In this document: positions 50,864-61,389 of the stretch, piece after piece
Layout of the letters: the number at the start of each line of letters is the position of its first letter
How positions within the stretch are numbered: position 1 is the stretch's first letter
Assembly: GCA_964580055.1 (NCBI GenBank)
Contig: CAZOJI010000012.1
Coordinates: 7,581 to 71,580 of the forward strand
Direction: 5' to 3'
Source: an uncultured Gemmatimonadaceae bacterium
GTDB lineage: Bacteria > Gemmatimonadota > Gemmatimonadetes > Gemmatimonadales > GWC2-71-9
Length of the DNA: 64,000 nucleotides
Position numbers and translations under genes: made by a program
Notes under the pieces: generated by a model
What the model was told of the DNA's origin: nothing
Databases searched by the model: none
What the model saw: only the letters and a program-made list of their open reading frames with translations

Positions 50864-53046
50864 CTGGACTCCTCGCATCCGTAGCCCCTCAACAGGGGGA
50901 ACCCCCGACGTTCAGTGATGCCGAAACCGCAGAACTGTACGCGAGGGCCCGAGTGCGGCATGTCCGCCAGGACTCGCTCGTGCGCGATTACCGGGCGGAA
51001 GTTGAGACACGTATTGACTTCACCGCGGGCAAGAGTCGCTTCGCACGTCAGACGGCGTTGATGGCGAGCGAGACACGTGCCAGGATTACGTGGCGCGTGC
51101 CAAACGATCTGAAGATAGAGGTCCTCGGCACACGTGCTGCCGCTCCGGTCCTACGGATGGTTGCAGGCATGGGTGTCTCCGCCGAAGATATCAGCGAGGC
51201 GGAGCGTGACTTCGGCCAGGAGATACCGTTCGATCGGCCGTGGTTCATTCCGCGCTCTATGGGTGACAGCGTGCACCTGATGGGCCTGCCGGAGCACGCT
51301 GCGCTGCACCCTCTCGCTACCGACGCCACAGATCACTATCGCTTCAGCATCACAGACTCGGTGCGAATAACTGTGCCTGGTCGTGAGGTTCGGGCTGTCA
51401 AGATGAGGGTGGAGCCAAAGCACCTTGGTCCTTCGCTCGTTGCCGGCGACATGTGGATTGACTGGGACACTGGGGATGTCGTTCGCCTGATGGTTGTGTT
51501 TGTCGGCGAGTTCATGTGGGAGCAGGTAGATGGAAACACGCCGGAAGACAGTGCAGAGGCGCGCGAAGGGAACAAATGGGCGCGGCGGTTCTTGAGCGTT
51601 GAGGCGGATATCGAATATGCGCTCATTGAGAACCGCTTCTGGCTACCGCACAGGCAATTGCTGGTCCTCACCGTCCGCATCCCCTGGTTCTTCAACTCCA
51701 CGATGCCGGTGAGATTCGCTTCCTCCTTCAGAAACTACGAGGTCAACACGCAACCGCAGCTTCAGTTCGCCGTGCCTATCGACGAGGACGATGATCCCGA
51801 TCGCGCCAGGACCAAGAGAAGATTGCGCATCTCGGCCGGCCGCGCAGCGACCGAGCAGGGTACAAGAGAGGCGAGAATCAGAGACGGCTATTTCCGAACC
51901 AATAATTGGGCCAATGGGCGTTGGGAGATAGAGGTGCCTCCGGTCGACACGCTGCTGAGTTCGCCATGGGACGAAGAGTTCAAACTCGAGTTCGACCGGA
52001 GGGAGCAACTGCGATTCAGGGAGGCCCTCGTCGATCTGGCGGAACTATCGGAGGGCCTGCCGTCCCAGTGGGTCGGCAGGCTTCAACACGGGGTAGCGTG
52101 GGAGCGGTTTTCGGACATAGTGAGGTTCAACCGGGTCCAGGGCATGTCGTTGGGGATGGGATACCAGGTGAGATTCGGGTTGGATTTCACCACCTTGCAC
52201 GCCACGGCGCGGTTCGGCCTTGGCGACCTTCGCCCAACGGCTTCAGTCGTCTGGCGCCGTGATGGCCCGGCAGGGAGGCTGGATATCGCGCTTCACCGCG
52301 CGGTGTACGAAGTCGAACCGTGGACGGGAGGACAGTCGGCCGGCAACTCCATGAACGCAACGTTCACTGGCCACGACTATGCCGACTACCACCTCGCCCT
52401 TGGTGGCTCGATCACGTATCTGTGGAACACCGGGCCGTTGCGCGATGTGGAAGTCACCGCGGGGGCAGAAAGGCACCGGTCGATGTCGACTCGAGTGGAT
52501 GCTCCCGTTCCCAAGCTCTTCGGCGCCGGGCAGTTTCAACCCAATCCTCCGGTGTCGGGGGGGATCTTTTATCGCGCGGGCTTATTGCGCCCATTTAGGC
52601 TCGGTGCAGCATCGATGCTTGGCGGCGCCGATCTGCTTGGAAACGATTCCCTGCGCTCGGCGCGTGTCTGGGGTCGCGCATCGATACCGCTGCGGTTCTT
52701 CCGCCGCACCGGGACGTTGACTCTGCGCGCGGGTACGAGCAGTGGCGATCCGTTGCCCCAGCTGGCATTTAGGCTCGGGGGAACACACACTGTTCGCGGC
52801 TTCGACTACGGCACGCGGGTCGGCCGGGATTTCTGGTCGGCTCAGGTGGACATGGCAATGACAAGGTCGTCTGTCTTTTCGCCCGTAGTGTTCTTCGACA
52901 TTGGCGATACCTTCAGCAACGATCCCATGATGGGTGCGGGGGCTGGCATCTCTCTGATCAACGGATTGCTCCGCTTCAACCTCTCCAAGGGCATGAGGCC
53001 TGAAACCGCCGTCCGGTTCGACTTGCGGTTCAGCGCATCTAGGTAG
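50845..53046 (+). CDS. Outer-membrane beta-barrel protein (Omp85/BamA-TamA-like C-terminus)
   Basis: Signal peptide, RFNRVQG, LGG..TVRGF, VVFFDIG, alternating C-terminal beta strands. Confidence 0.7.
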   Translation: MVTALLAGLLASVAPQQGEPPTFSDAETAELYARARVRHVRQDSLVRDYRAEVETRIDFTAGKSRFARQTALMASETRARITWRVPNDLKIEVLGTRAAAPVLRMVAGMGVSAEDISEAERDFGQEIPFDRPWFIPRSMGDSVHLMGLPEHAALHPLATDATDHYRFSITDSVRITVPGREVRAVKMRVEPKHLGPSLVAGDMWIDWDTGDVVRLMVVFVGEFMWEQVDGNTPEDSAEAREGNKWARRFLSVEADIEYALIENRFWLPHRQLLVLTVRIPWFFNSTMPVRFASSFRNYEVNTQPQLQFAVPIDEDDDPDRARTKRRLRISAGRAATEQGTREARIRDGYFRTNNWANGRWEIEVPPVDTLLSSPWDEEFKLEFDRREQLRFREALVDLAELSEGLPSQWVGRLQHGVAWERFSDIVRFNRVQGMSLGMGYQVRFGLDFTTLHATARFGLGDLRPTASVVWRRDGPAGRLDIALHRAVYEVEPWTGGQSAGNSMNATFTGHDYADYHLALGGSITYLWNTGPLRDVEVTAGAERHRSMSTRVDAPVPKLFGAGQFQPNPPVSGGIFYRAGLLRPFRLGAASMLGGADLLGNDSLRSARVWGRASIPLRFFRRTGTLTLRAGTSSGDPLPQLAFRLGGTHTVRGFDYGTRVGRDFWSAQVDMAMTRSSVFSPVVFFDIGDTFSNDPMMGAGAGISLINGLLRFNLSKGMRPETAVRFDLRFSASR

Positions 53047-53151
53047 AGGCCCTGGCTCACTAACCGCTGCCTTGAGGCACATATACAACCGACATCCCGC
53101 ACCAATCAGTCGCAGTACCATTTCCTAGAGAGCGAACTAGTTTCCGGACAC

Positions 53152-53856
53152 ATGTGCAAGCGATCGTACCGAAGGGAGAACCAGCTGATTTGGCGTAGGG
53201 TCAGTCTCGGATACTGGATTCCAGCAGCGGTGATGCTGTCGGCTTGCGGCGGCCAGGGCGAGTCGGAACAAGAGGCGCCGGTCGACCCTGTCGAGCTCAC
53301 TACGCCGTCGGAGGTAGACGAGTTGCCCCCCAGGCCGGACTACCCCAGATCGCGTCGCGGCCACCTGGTCACCGCTACCGCCGGAGACTACGAGATCGAG
53401 GGGAGTTGGCGAACGAGTGCGGGATTCTGCGAGGATATTGGTGTCATCGAGATGTATGCGGGACCGGACGGCAATGGCGTCGGCCTGGTAATGCACATTC
53501 CGGAGTCAGAGCCACTCGGGACCTATCCGGTGGTTGCGGCCGACGTTGACTTCCCTGAGGCTCCCGCCGCGCTGATAGCGGCTCAGGTCTTTGACGACCC
53601 GGACGCGTACGGGTTCCAGGCTTACACGGGCGAGATGGAGCTCACGGAGATCGGGGAAAGTGTTAGCGGGAGGTTCGCCACCACCATGCGCGAGATCAGG
53701 ACGGACATGCTCACGCATTTCGTTGGCGTCTTTGATGACATAGGGCTGGAGGCGCTGGCCGACGACTATTGTGCGGTCGTGAGAGATTCAACTATCGGTG
53801 TCGACTCTGCGACGATCGACTCGACCGCAATCGATTCCGCGACTGCAGGCAGCTGA
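53152..53856 (+). CDS. Putative lipoprotein
   Basis: Lipobox MLSAC; acidic body; start uncertain. Confidence 0.6.
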   Translation: MCKRSYRRENQLIWRRVSLGYWIPAAVMLSACGGQGESEQEAPVDPVELTTPSEVDELPPRPDYPRSRRGHLVTATAGDYEIEGSWRTSAGFCEDIGVIEMYAGPDGNGVGLVMHIPESEPLGTYPVVAADVDFPEAPAALIAAQVFDDPDAYGFQAYTGEMELTEIGESVSGRFATTMREIRTDMLTHFVGVFDDIGLEALADDYCAVVRDSTIGVDSATIDSTAIDSATAGS

Positions 53857-53860
53857 TCCC

Positions 53861-55057
53861 TTGCCTGAGAAGTACTTTCGCAAAGGATTTGGACTTCGCA
53901 AAGCGGTCGCTGACACGCTCGCTGCGGATTACCACAGCCAACTCGTCGATCGGATACGAGAAAACAATTTCGAGTTGGTTGTCGGCGATCTCACCTTCCG
54001 ACTTGCCCGCGAATTCGGCTTCTGTTTTGGTGTTGAAAGGGCGGTGGAATATGCTTACGAGGCGGCAACCAAATTCAAGGGTAAACGCCTCTTTTTGATC
54101 GGCGAGATCATCCACAATCCGCATGTTAACCAAACACTCCGGCAGATGGGCGTTACGTTTTTGGAGCGCGGTGCGGACGGCCGCTTCGACTACTCCTCGA
54201 TCACCTCTGACGATGTGGTGATCATACCGGCTTTTGGCGTCACCACCCAAGACCTGTTGCATCTGCGGAAAAGAGGCTGCGTGTTGGTTGACACCACCTG
54301 CGGGTCCGTGCTGAATGTGTGGAAGCGCGTGGAGCTCTTTGCCAAAGAAGGATTCACCTCTCTGGTGCATGGCAAGTACTTCCACGAGGAAACAAAAGCT
54401 GCTGTCAGTCAGATCGAGAAACACGAGAACGGCAAATACATAATCGTGCGCGACCTCGAAGAGACAGATACGATCTGCCGGTTCATAGAGGAGGGCGGAG
54501 ATCCAGAGAATTTGCAGGAAGAGTTCGCCGATCAGGTATCCGACGGTTTCGACTTCACCCGTGATCTCGAGCGGGTGGGAATCGCGAACCAGACCACGAT
54601 GCTCGCCTCGGAGTCTTTGGCCATTGAGTTGCGCGTGAGGGAGGCACTGAGCCGCCGGTATGGCGAGGGCCAGATCGAGGAGCGTTTTCGAGCCTTCGGC
54701 ACCATATGTACAGCCACCCAGGAACGTCAGGATGCCGTTCTCGATCTGGTTCGAGGCAGGCTGGACCTGATGCTGGTTATTGGCGGCTACAACTCGAGCA
54801 ATACAAATCACCTGGCCAAGATCTGCTCGGCGCAGTGTCCTACCTTTCACATAGCGGACGCAGCGTGCATAAGCCCGGAGAACAACACCATTCGCCACAT
54901 GCCGGTGGGCTCGGCGGAAGAAGTGGAGGTGTCCGGATGGCTCGAGAAAGGTGATAGGGTGATCGGCATTACCGCGGGCGCGTCGACCCCCAACAACAAG
55001 ATCGGCGAGACGATCGAGAGGGTTCTGCTCACGCGAGGTCTTCCGGTCTCAGATTAG
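53861..55057 (+). CDS. ispH: 4-hydroxy-3-methylbut-2-enyl diphosphate reductase
   Basis: GFCFGVERA, IIHNPHV, DTTC, NQTTM, TICTATQERQ, GGYNSSNT, TAGASTP. Confidence 0.96.
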   Translation: MPEKYFRKGFGLRKAVADTLAADYHSQLVDRIRENNFELVVGDLTFRLAREFGFCFGVERAVEYAYEAATKFKGKRLFLIGEIIHNPHVNQTLRQMGVTFLERGADGRFDYSSITSDDVVIIPAFGVTTQDLLHLRKRGCVLVDTTCGSVLNVWKRVELFAKEGFTSLVHGKYFHEETKAAVSQIEKHENGKYIIVRDLEETDTICRFIEEGGDPENLQEEFADQVSDGFDFTRDLERVGIANQTTMLASESLAIELRVREALSRRYGEGQIEERFRAFGTICTATQERQDAVLDLVRGRLDLMLVIGGYNSSNTNHLAKICSAQCPTFHIADAACISPENNTIRHMPVGSAEEVEVSGWLEKGDRVIGITAGASTPNNKIGETIERVLLTRGLPVSD

Positions 55058-55075
55058 ATCCGTTATCGGGCTTCT

Positions 55076-58000
55076 CTAGAACCAATCTCTAGACTTCGAC
55101 GGCGTACGCCTGAGGTTCTTCAAAAATCTGTACGGCGATCCTGCCCCGGAGTGTTCCGGTTGTTTCTGAGAAGTAGGGCGGCGCAACTGCAGTGGCCTAA
55201 CCTCTTCCGTCAGGACGTTAACGGTTCCGTCGTCTTTAGCGAGTTTGCCGATTATCCAGAGGAACGGCTCGGTCCGGATCGTGATACGGTCGCGGTCGTA
55301 GATGTCAGGTCGCACGACGGCGTTGATCATTCCCGCCTGATCCTCGAGCAGAATGAAAGAAAACCCCTTGGCCGTTTCGGGCCTCTGACGTGCGACCACC
55401 ATGCCTGCCACCTGGACATCATCGTCCGGTTGCAGCCGGTCGAGATAATCACTTCGTACGATGGCCGGCGGCAGTGCTTCGCCCAAAAGTGTGAATGGGT
55501 GGCCGCTTGCCGAGAATCCCATGACTTGATACTCGGCCAGAAGCCGCTCGTCGCCTGGGACATCGGGGAATCGCAGGTCCTCGTATGGATGTGTGAGTGA
55601 CAACTCGAGCTGGCGGCGAACTCGGTTGTGTTCGGCCGAGTCGACCTTCGGAGGAAGCCAAAGCCCAACCTGCCAGAGGAGTTCTCTCCGCGTGAGCCCG
55701 AACGAGTCGCACCCACCGACCCAGACTAGGTGCTCGATGGCTGTCCGTGAAAGGCGGGCGGGCGCCCGCCGGACGAAGTCGGCGAGATAGAGGTAAGGAC
55801 CGTTCCGCTCGCGTTCGAGCACCACTGCCTCGGCTACGTCCAAACCCCACTCGCGCAAGAATCCCAACCCGATCCTTACCGTACCATCCTCAACGGTGCA
55901 GTGTACGTCGCTCCGATTGATGTCGGGCAACCTGACCTCGACGTCATGGCGGCCGGCATCCCTTCCGAGGGCGTCGAGCGAGTAGAACCCCATCGGCTGA
56001 TTGTTGAACAGTGCAGTGTAGTACTCTGCCGGGTGATAGTGACGGAGCCAAGCCGACTGATAAGCAAGCAGGCCGAACGCGGCGGCATGTGATTTGGGGA
56101 AACCGAAAGCGGAAAAAGCGGTCACCTGCTGGAACACCTTCTGAGCGGTAGACTCCGGTACACCACGTGATAGCGCTCCATCTCGAAACTGCTCCCAGAA
56201 CCCCTTGATCAATTCGAGCGAGCGCCGCCGGCTCATGGCTCTGCGCAGAGCTTCGGCCTGTCCGGCGTTGAACCCGGCCAATGACTGACAGACCTGCAAG
56301 ACCTGATCCTGAAAGACTATCACTCCCAACGTATCCGCGAGTGCCTCTCTCAAGAGGGGGTGGTCGACCGGAGGTTCGTAGCTTCGGTTGTTCGCAGTCG
56401 CCTGCCGCAGGGCCTCGCGACGCCGCACGTACGGGTTGACCGCACCACCAACGATCGGCCCGGGCCGCACCAAGGCAACCTCGACGGCGAGGTCTTCCAG
56501 GTTGCGAGGCCTGGTGCGCCTGACCATCTGGATCTGCGCGCGACTTTCGATCTGAAACGTCCCGACGGTGTCGCCGGAGCAAATTTGGTCGTAAACGTCT
56601 GCGTCGGAAAAGTCGATACGGCTGAGATCGGGGGGGACACCTTCGCGCTCGGCGACCAGCTCGACGCATTCCTCTACTAGTGAAAGCATACCGAGTGCGA
56701 GAAAGTCGATCTTCACGAACCTGGCGTCATCGCAAGAGTCCTTGTCCCACTGGCAGATGACCCGGTCCGGCATGGTGGCGCGCTCCAGCGGCACCAGTTC
56801 TATGAGCGGACGACTCGAGATGATCATACCGCCCACGTGTTGCGATATGTGCCGTGGCAGCCCGGCGATGTTTTCACACAAATCACCTAGATGCTGCCAA
56901 AGCGGCGACTCCGACTTGCTCCCCAGTCCGGGAAGCTTCTTCAGCTCTTCGCGCACGCTCTCCGCCGACCGATGCCCGCCCAACTTCGCGATCCTTTCGA
57001 TCTCGCCGGGTGGTAAGTCGAGCACCTTCCCAACTTCTCGCACGGCGGATCGCAGGCGATAGGTGGGGAACGAACAGACGAGACCCACGTGATCGTGACC
57101 ATAGTGCTCGTAGACGCGACGGATCAACTCCTTGCGGATATCCCGGGGAAAATCGAGGTCAATGTCCGGAATGGAGGCTAGCGTCTCGTTCAAAAACCTG
57201 CCCAGAAAGAGACGGTTGCCGATGGGATCTATATGCGACAGTCCCAGGAAATAGCAGACAATGGACGACACCGACGAACCACGGCCGCGGCCGGGCAACA
57301 GATTTGCCTTCGCGCGTCGTTCGCCCCGCCGTAAATCGGCGGCCACCTCATGTGCCAACTCCAGCAATTCACGGTACACGAGAAAGAACCCACACAAACC
57401 ATGCATCTCAATCAGCCGCAACTCCTGCTCCAGGCGACTCTCCGCTTCGATCCTGTGACACGAGCCTTGCGGATAATATTCCCCCAGCTTGGTATTGCAG
57501 AATTCGGCAAGAGCCCGAGGTGCGGTCAAACGTCCGGCACCGCGAAAGTCCGGGAAGTTGTAACCGAGATCCTTGGTCAAGTCGAACGTCTTACACCGTT
57601 CCGCGATTTGGAGTGAGTTGGCCACCGCATCGGGACGGTCACGAAACAGTGCCAGTACCTCACGAGGGGAGCGCAGAAAAAACTCGCTATTTGGCCTCCG
57701 CACCTCGTGGGACGCGTCGAGCGTGGTGCGGTGTCGGAGTGCCACCAGCACGTCATGCAGCCGATGCAGTTCTCTACGATGGTAGTGGACATCCCCAGTA
57801 GCTACCACCTGTAAGCCGATTGTAGCGGCGATGTCGCACAGCGCCAGGTTGCGAGCGCGGTCCCCGCGTACGCGGTTGCGTTGCAGCTCCAAAAAGAAAT
57901 TGTCTGGCCCAAAGATGCACGCACATTCTTCCGTAATGCGACGAGCTTCGGTGTATCCGCCGCGTTCCAGAGCGAGCGGTAACAACCCTTGGCGACACCC

Positions 58001-58366
58001 CGACAACACTATTAGCCCCTCAGCGTGCTCCCGGAGAGAGTTAAAGTCGAGGCGGGGGTCACGCCTGTCCTCGCGTGACAGATGCGCCTCGGTGATCAGA
58101 CGGCACAGGTTGGCGTACCCTGGGGGCGTCTCGACAAGCAGGGTTATGTGCGAGCCGTCGAGCAGTGTCAGCTCGGCTCCGGTAATCGCCTGCAGGCCTA
58201 TCTGTTTTGCCGCTTGGGCGAAGACCATCGAGCCGTACAGACCGTTGTGGTCGGTGAGGGCCAAGGCAGGGTAATCCAGTGTTCGTGCCTCAAACGCCAA
58301 TTGCTCGGGCAGGGTGGCGCCGTCGAGGAACGAGAATGCCGAATGACAATGGAGCTCAGCGTACAT
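55076..58366 (-). CDS. dnaE2: Error-prone DNA polymerase DnaE2 (ImuC)
   Basis: YAELHCHSAFSFLDGA, TDH, GRGS, PDIDLDF, KIDFLALGML, FQIESRAQ, GFPKSHA, QPMGFY, RQRP.TAKG, terminal SRDWF. Confidence 0.95.
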   Translation of the reverse strand: MYAELHCHSAFSFLDGATLPEQLAFEARTLDYPALALTDHNGLYGSMVFAQAAKQIGLQAITGAELTLLDGSHITLLVETPPGYANLCRLITEAHLSREDRRDPRLDFNSLREHAEGLIVLSGCRQGLLPLALERGGYTEARRITEECACIFGPDNFFLELQRNRVRGDRARNLALCDIAATIGLQVVATGDVHYHRRELHRLHDVLVALRHRTTLDASHEVRRPNSEFFLRSPREVLALFRDRPDAVANSLQIAERCKTFDLTKDLGYNFPDFRGAGRLTAPRALAEFCNTKLGEYYPQGSCHRIEAESRLEQELRLIEMHGLCGFFLVYRELLELAHEVAADLRRGERRAKANLLPGRGRGSSVSSIVCYFLGLSHIDPIGNRLFLGRFLNETLASIPDIDLDFPRDIRKELIRRVYEHYGHDHVGLVCSFPTYRLRSAVREVGKVLDLPPGEIERIAKLGGHRSAESVREELKKLPGLGSKSESPLWQHLGDLCENIAGLPRHISQHVGGMIISSRPLIELVPLERATMPDRVICQWDKDSCDDARFVKIDFLALGMLSLVEECVELVAEREGVPPDLSRIDFSDADVYDQICSGDTVGTFQIESRAQIQMVRRTRPRNLEDLAVEVALVRPGPIVGGAVNPYVRRREALRQATANNRSYEPPVDHPLLREALADTLGVIVFQDQVLQVCQSLAGFNAGQAEALRRAMSRRRSLELIKGFWEQFRDGALSRGVPESTAQKVFQQVTAFSAFGFPKSHAAAFGLLAYQSAWLRHYHPAEYYTALFNNQPMGFYSLDALGRDAGRHDVEVRLPDINRSDVHCTVEDGTVRIGLGFLREWGLDVAEAVVLERERNGPYLYLADFVRRAPARLSRTAIEHLVWVGGCDSFGLTRRELLWQVGLWLPPKVDSAEHNRVRRQLELSLTHPYEDLRFPDVPGDERLLAEYQVMGFSASGHPFTLLGEALPPAIVRSDYLDRLQPDDDVQVAGMVVARQRPETAKGFSFILLEDQAGMINAVVRPDIYDRDRITIRTEPFLWIIGKLAKDDGTVNVLTEEVRPLQLRRPTSQKQPEHSGAGSPYRFLKNLRRTPSKSRDWF

Positions 58367-58506
58367 GGTTGGGACTGTGGTGGCAGTTTCGGCTCAGCCT
58401 CACCATAGGGTAGTAGTATCGGGAGAGGCGGCAGTGCCTGTGGCTTCAGCCGGCTGCACCTGATTAGCTGTGGGTTGAGGGATGTGCATTCCTCGCCCTT
58501 TCCTCC

Positions 58507-58929
58507 TTACGGCTGCTGCAAAAACCAGTTGTCGGTAAACAGATCCTCATACAGAACCACGTGTTTCCCTCCTTCCAGGATCACCTCCACATAGCGCCGC
58601 AAAATCGGTTCACGCCACCACTCGTCATGGACGCACCATATTTCCAGAACCGATTCCACGCGCTTTCCGTTCGCACGGTTCTTCGCAGCTTCGCTCTCCG
58701 CTGCTTCTACCAGTTGCTCACTATCTGCGGAGCTGCGGGACTCGAGAGTCGTTGAGCTACTGGACCCTAGCGTCGTTGGGCTGCCGTAGTCCGCCACAAG
58801 AGACGGCAGTCCGGCATCGTCCAACTCGACTTTGACAGGCCGAGGGAGGTTGAGGGGCCGCAGCAGGTCTGCCCGTACTCTGGTGTCGGAGCGCGGCTCT
58901 CGCTTGGTAGTGGTCTTCGTCACGATCAA
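58507..58929 (-). CDS. Small Trp-rich accessory protein (DUF6504-like)
   Basis: VLEIWCVHDEWWREPILRRY..LY.D..WF between imuB and dnaE2. Confidence 0.7.
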   Translation of the reverse strand: MIVTKTTTKREPRSDTRVRADLLRPLNLPRPVKVELDDAGLPSLVADYGSPTTLGSSSSTTLESRSSADSEQLVEAAESEAAKNRANGKRVESVLEIWCVHDEWWREPILRRYVEVILEGGKHVVLYEDLFTDNWFLQQP

Positions 58930-58932
58930 CCG

Positions 58933-60381
58933 TCAAGGGTCATAGTCAATCAAGGCGTAACGACGTTCGGGAATGCGCGACCGGGGAGCGACCTCAACGA
59001 CGCGGTACATGGAAGTACGTCGAAATCTCGTCTTCATTTCATGGACCGCCGCGCGCAGCGCTCGGCTGCGGCCGGCTCGCGCGCTGCTGCTGGCATCTCG
59101 AGCAAAGAGCTGCAGTTCTTTGGTACCGCGCACGAACGCGAGAAACTCTATCGCCAGGTTTTCCACGGCTCCGGTGGGTGGCACCGCGGCGAGTCGGCTC
59201 TTGAGCAACCCGCCTATATGCTCCCTGTCGGCCGATGGATCCTTGAGAGTACAGTGAATCGACCAGGAAGCCCCATGTTCCTGTCGTGCCCTCGCGCCAA
59301 CCTCCAAGATGCGCCAGCCGGAACGCCGGGGATGGCGCAACGCGCGCTCGATCAGCCGGTCCAGAGCGTTGCCGAGCATTGCCAGGTCGGCGATTGGATG
59401 CGGAAACTCGATCTCCGAGACGATGGGTTCGGGCTCCTCGCGGCCGATTACCGGATCGGCTGCGTCGCCGGTGGCCAGTCTCCACAGTCGACGCCCCTCA
59501 CTGCCGAACTGCGACACAACCGCTACCTCAGGCAACTGCGCGAGATCTCGCACCGTCCGAATGCTCAACTGCACGAGTCGCCGGTAGGTTTCAGGACTCA
59601 TCGGCAACACGCCAATGGGCTGCGAGGCCAGGAATTCGGCTCTGTCCTCATCGGTTACGAAAAACTCTCCACCAAGAGGTGCCTTCGTGGCCGCTACCCA
59701 GGCCGTGAACTTGCCACGAGCCCAGCCCAACCGGGCTGCTGACACCCACCCTTCCGCACCGATAACCGCCTCGACTGCCTCAACCTGCCGCCTCGGCTCG
59801 CCATAAAGCCCCTCCAGTCCGTCCACTCCCACAAACACCCTCCCCAACTCGACCGGCTCGACAACTGGACTCACTGTGCTAAGCGACTTCACCAATCGCG
59901 TGAACCGCTCGTCGTAGTAGACCGGATCCGGTTCCCAGACGGAGAGTGCAGGACACAACCCCACAGCTTGGCTCATCGTCATACCAGGCTTTACACCCAA
60001 TTCGCGAGCGCCTGGCCCGACCTGCCAGATGCGCCGCCAATCGTCGGGTGCCAGGAGCGCCTTGGCTAGCTCGGCCGCCTCAGGACGGCGGAGTTCTTCG
60101 CAACGGAGAGCGAATCTCGGAATCCAAATGCAGACGGCGAGCTCGGAATTGAGGGCGGTAGGACGGTAGGGCGGTAAGGCGGCAGGGTGGTAGTAGGTTG
60201 GGCCTCCTGCTCTCTCAACCTCAACCGCCCCGGTAGGTGCAGTGGTACCTCGGTGAGGCGCTGGCCCGGTTGCTTGCGTGACTGCTGCCCGCTGCCCGTT
60301 GGACTCAACACGTTGCACGCTGCCCGCTGTACACTGCATGCCCTTCCGTCCTCCCGTTTCCTTGCTCTCCGCCACCCTCAT
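58933..60381 (-). CDS. imuB: ImuB-like inactive Y-family polymerase
   Basis: ARELGVKPGMTMSQA..CP, SPVVE (no catalytic DE), LEGLYG, LPI.VL, QLF motif, terminal IPERR; ATGA-coupled to the upstream gene. Confidence 0.85.
   Translation of the reverse strand: MRVAESKETGGRKGMQCTAGSVQRVESNGQRAAVTQATGPAPHRGTTAPTGAVEVERAGGPTYYHPAALPPYRPTALNSELAVCIWIPRFALRCEELRRPEAAELAKALLAPDDWRRIWQVGPGARELGVKPGMTMSQAVGLCPALSVWEPDPVYYDERFTRLVKSLSTVSPVVEPVELGRVFVGVDGLEGLYGEPRRQVEAVEAVIGAEGWVSAARLGWARGKFTAWVAATKAPLGGEFFVTDEDRAEFLASQPIGVLPMSPETYRRLVQLSIRTVRDLAQLPEVAVVSQFGSEGRRLWRLATGDAADPVIGREEPEPIVSEIEFPHPIADLAMLGNALDRLIERALRHPRRSGWRILEVGARARQEHGASWSIHCTLKDPSADREHIGGLLKSRLAAVPPTGAVENLAIEFLAFVRGTKELQLFARDASSSARAGRSRALRAAVHEMKTRFRRTSMYRVVEVAPRSRIPERRYALIDYDP
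60153..60339. repeat. Degenerate 8-mer (GGRCGGTA x5) and 7-mer (GCTGCMC) arrays within the imuB 5' extension
   Basis: GGGCGGTA GGACGGTA GGGCGGTA AGGCGGCA GGGTGGTA at 60153-60192; GCTGCCC units at 60284-60339. Confidence 0.65.
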
Positions 60382-61385
60382 AACAAACTCAGCTGCGCTT
60401 CAGGCTCGGCCTGTCGTGGCTCTTCTCTACTGAACGGATCTGCGGTGCTCAATCCGTGTTTGCGCGCAATCTTTTCGAATCTGCGCTCAATTGCCTTCAG
60501 GTAATCGGCGGGAGCACTCTGACCTTTGTGGTATGCGGCTCGATATCGTGGGACCAGGTTGGGGAAATGCTGCTCGATTACCGGTAAGAATTCGTCTCGG
60601 ACCGACGGGTAGATTCGCAGCACCGAGGGGCAAACGAACTTCGCCCCGGCATGCTCGGCCGCGACCATCAGTGCTTCGATCTCAAAGATCGAGTCCGTGA
60701 CACCGGGAAGCACCGGCGCGGCATTGATACCGGCGGTAACCCCCGCCTCTCGCAACCTGCAGATCGCACGGAGTCGCGCGTTGGGCGAGGGTGAGCGTCG
60801 CTCAAACAGTCCGATCAGCCGCTTGCTGCTGCAAATCAGAGAAAGAAATACCGTTACCTCGTGCTTGCGCCCGAGTTCCCGTAGCACATCGATATCGCGG
60901 CATACGAGAGGACTCTTGGTTGTAACGCCGAGTCGCAGACCCTCAACGTCAAGCAACCGCTCGAGAATTGAGCGCGTGATACCGAAGTGCCGCTCGGCTG
61001 GCTGATACGGGTCGGTGGCAGTCCCGATCGCCAAAGTCGCGGGATCAGCAGGCGAACTCGCCCTGTTGATTCGCGCGAGGTCGCGTTCGAGTGCATTCAG
61101 CACCGCACTGCGTTGCTTAACGAAGATGTGTCGGGTGAAATCCGCCTCGCGGTTTGACCTCGCAGGCTTCGCGAACTGCCCATAAAGCAACTCAGCCGCG
61201 TGGTGTGTACGTTCCACCACATACCGGTGCGTGTAATGGGCATAACAGTAGGTGCAGCCCAGCTCGCATCCCACGTAGGGGTTCATAGACCAAAACTCCA
61301 TACCAGTGCTTTTGGGGGAGTTGGCGAGCGACTTCACGTTGAGTTCGATAAATTTGGTTCTTCCTCTCTTCCCACCTCCATTCAC
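60378..61385 (-). CDS. SplB-related DNA-repair radical SAM protein (Rv2578c/PA0069-like)
   Basis: NPYVGCELGCTYCYA, IGTATDPYQPAE, TTKS, APVLPGVTD; GTG 61385 preferred over 61541. Confidence 0.88.
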   Translation of the reverse strand: MNGGGKRGRTKFIELNVKSLANSPKSTGMEFWSMNPYVGCELGCTYCYAHYTHRYVVERTHHAAELLYGQFAKPARSNREADFTRHIFVKQRSAVLNALERDLARINRASSPADPATLAIGTATDPYQPAERHFGITRSILERLLDVEGLRLGVTTKSPLVCRDIDVLRELGRKHEVTVFLSLICSSKRLIGLFERRSPSPNARLRAICRLREAGVTAGINAAPVLPGVTDSIFEIEALMVAAEHAGAKFVCPSVLRIYPSVRDEFLPVIEQHFPNLVPRYRAAYHKGQSAPADYLKAIERRFEKIARKHGLSTADPFSREEPRQAEPEAQLSLL

Positions 61386-61389
61386 CTCG

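Noticed and set aside
53861-53990. Extended N-terminus of IspH
   Set aside because: Matches the known long (cyanobacterial/plant-like) IspH type
53792-54898. Long antisense ORFs (for example opposite ispH, dnaE2, DUF4015 and OmpA)
   Set aside because: Shadow frames expected in GC-rich coding DNA; no motifs
58367-58506. SD plus ATG at 58489 in frame with dnaE2, suggesting readthrough
   Set aside because: Two in-frame TGA codons intervene, there is no SECIS-like structure, and the peptide is low complexity; MYAELH is the typical DnaE2 start
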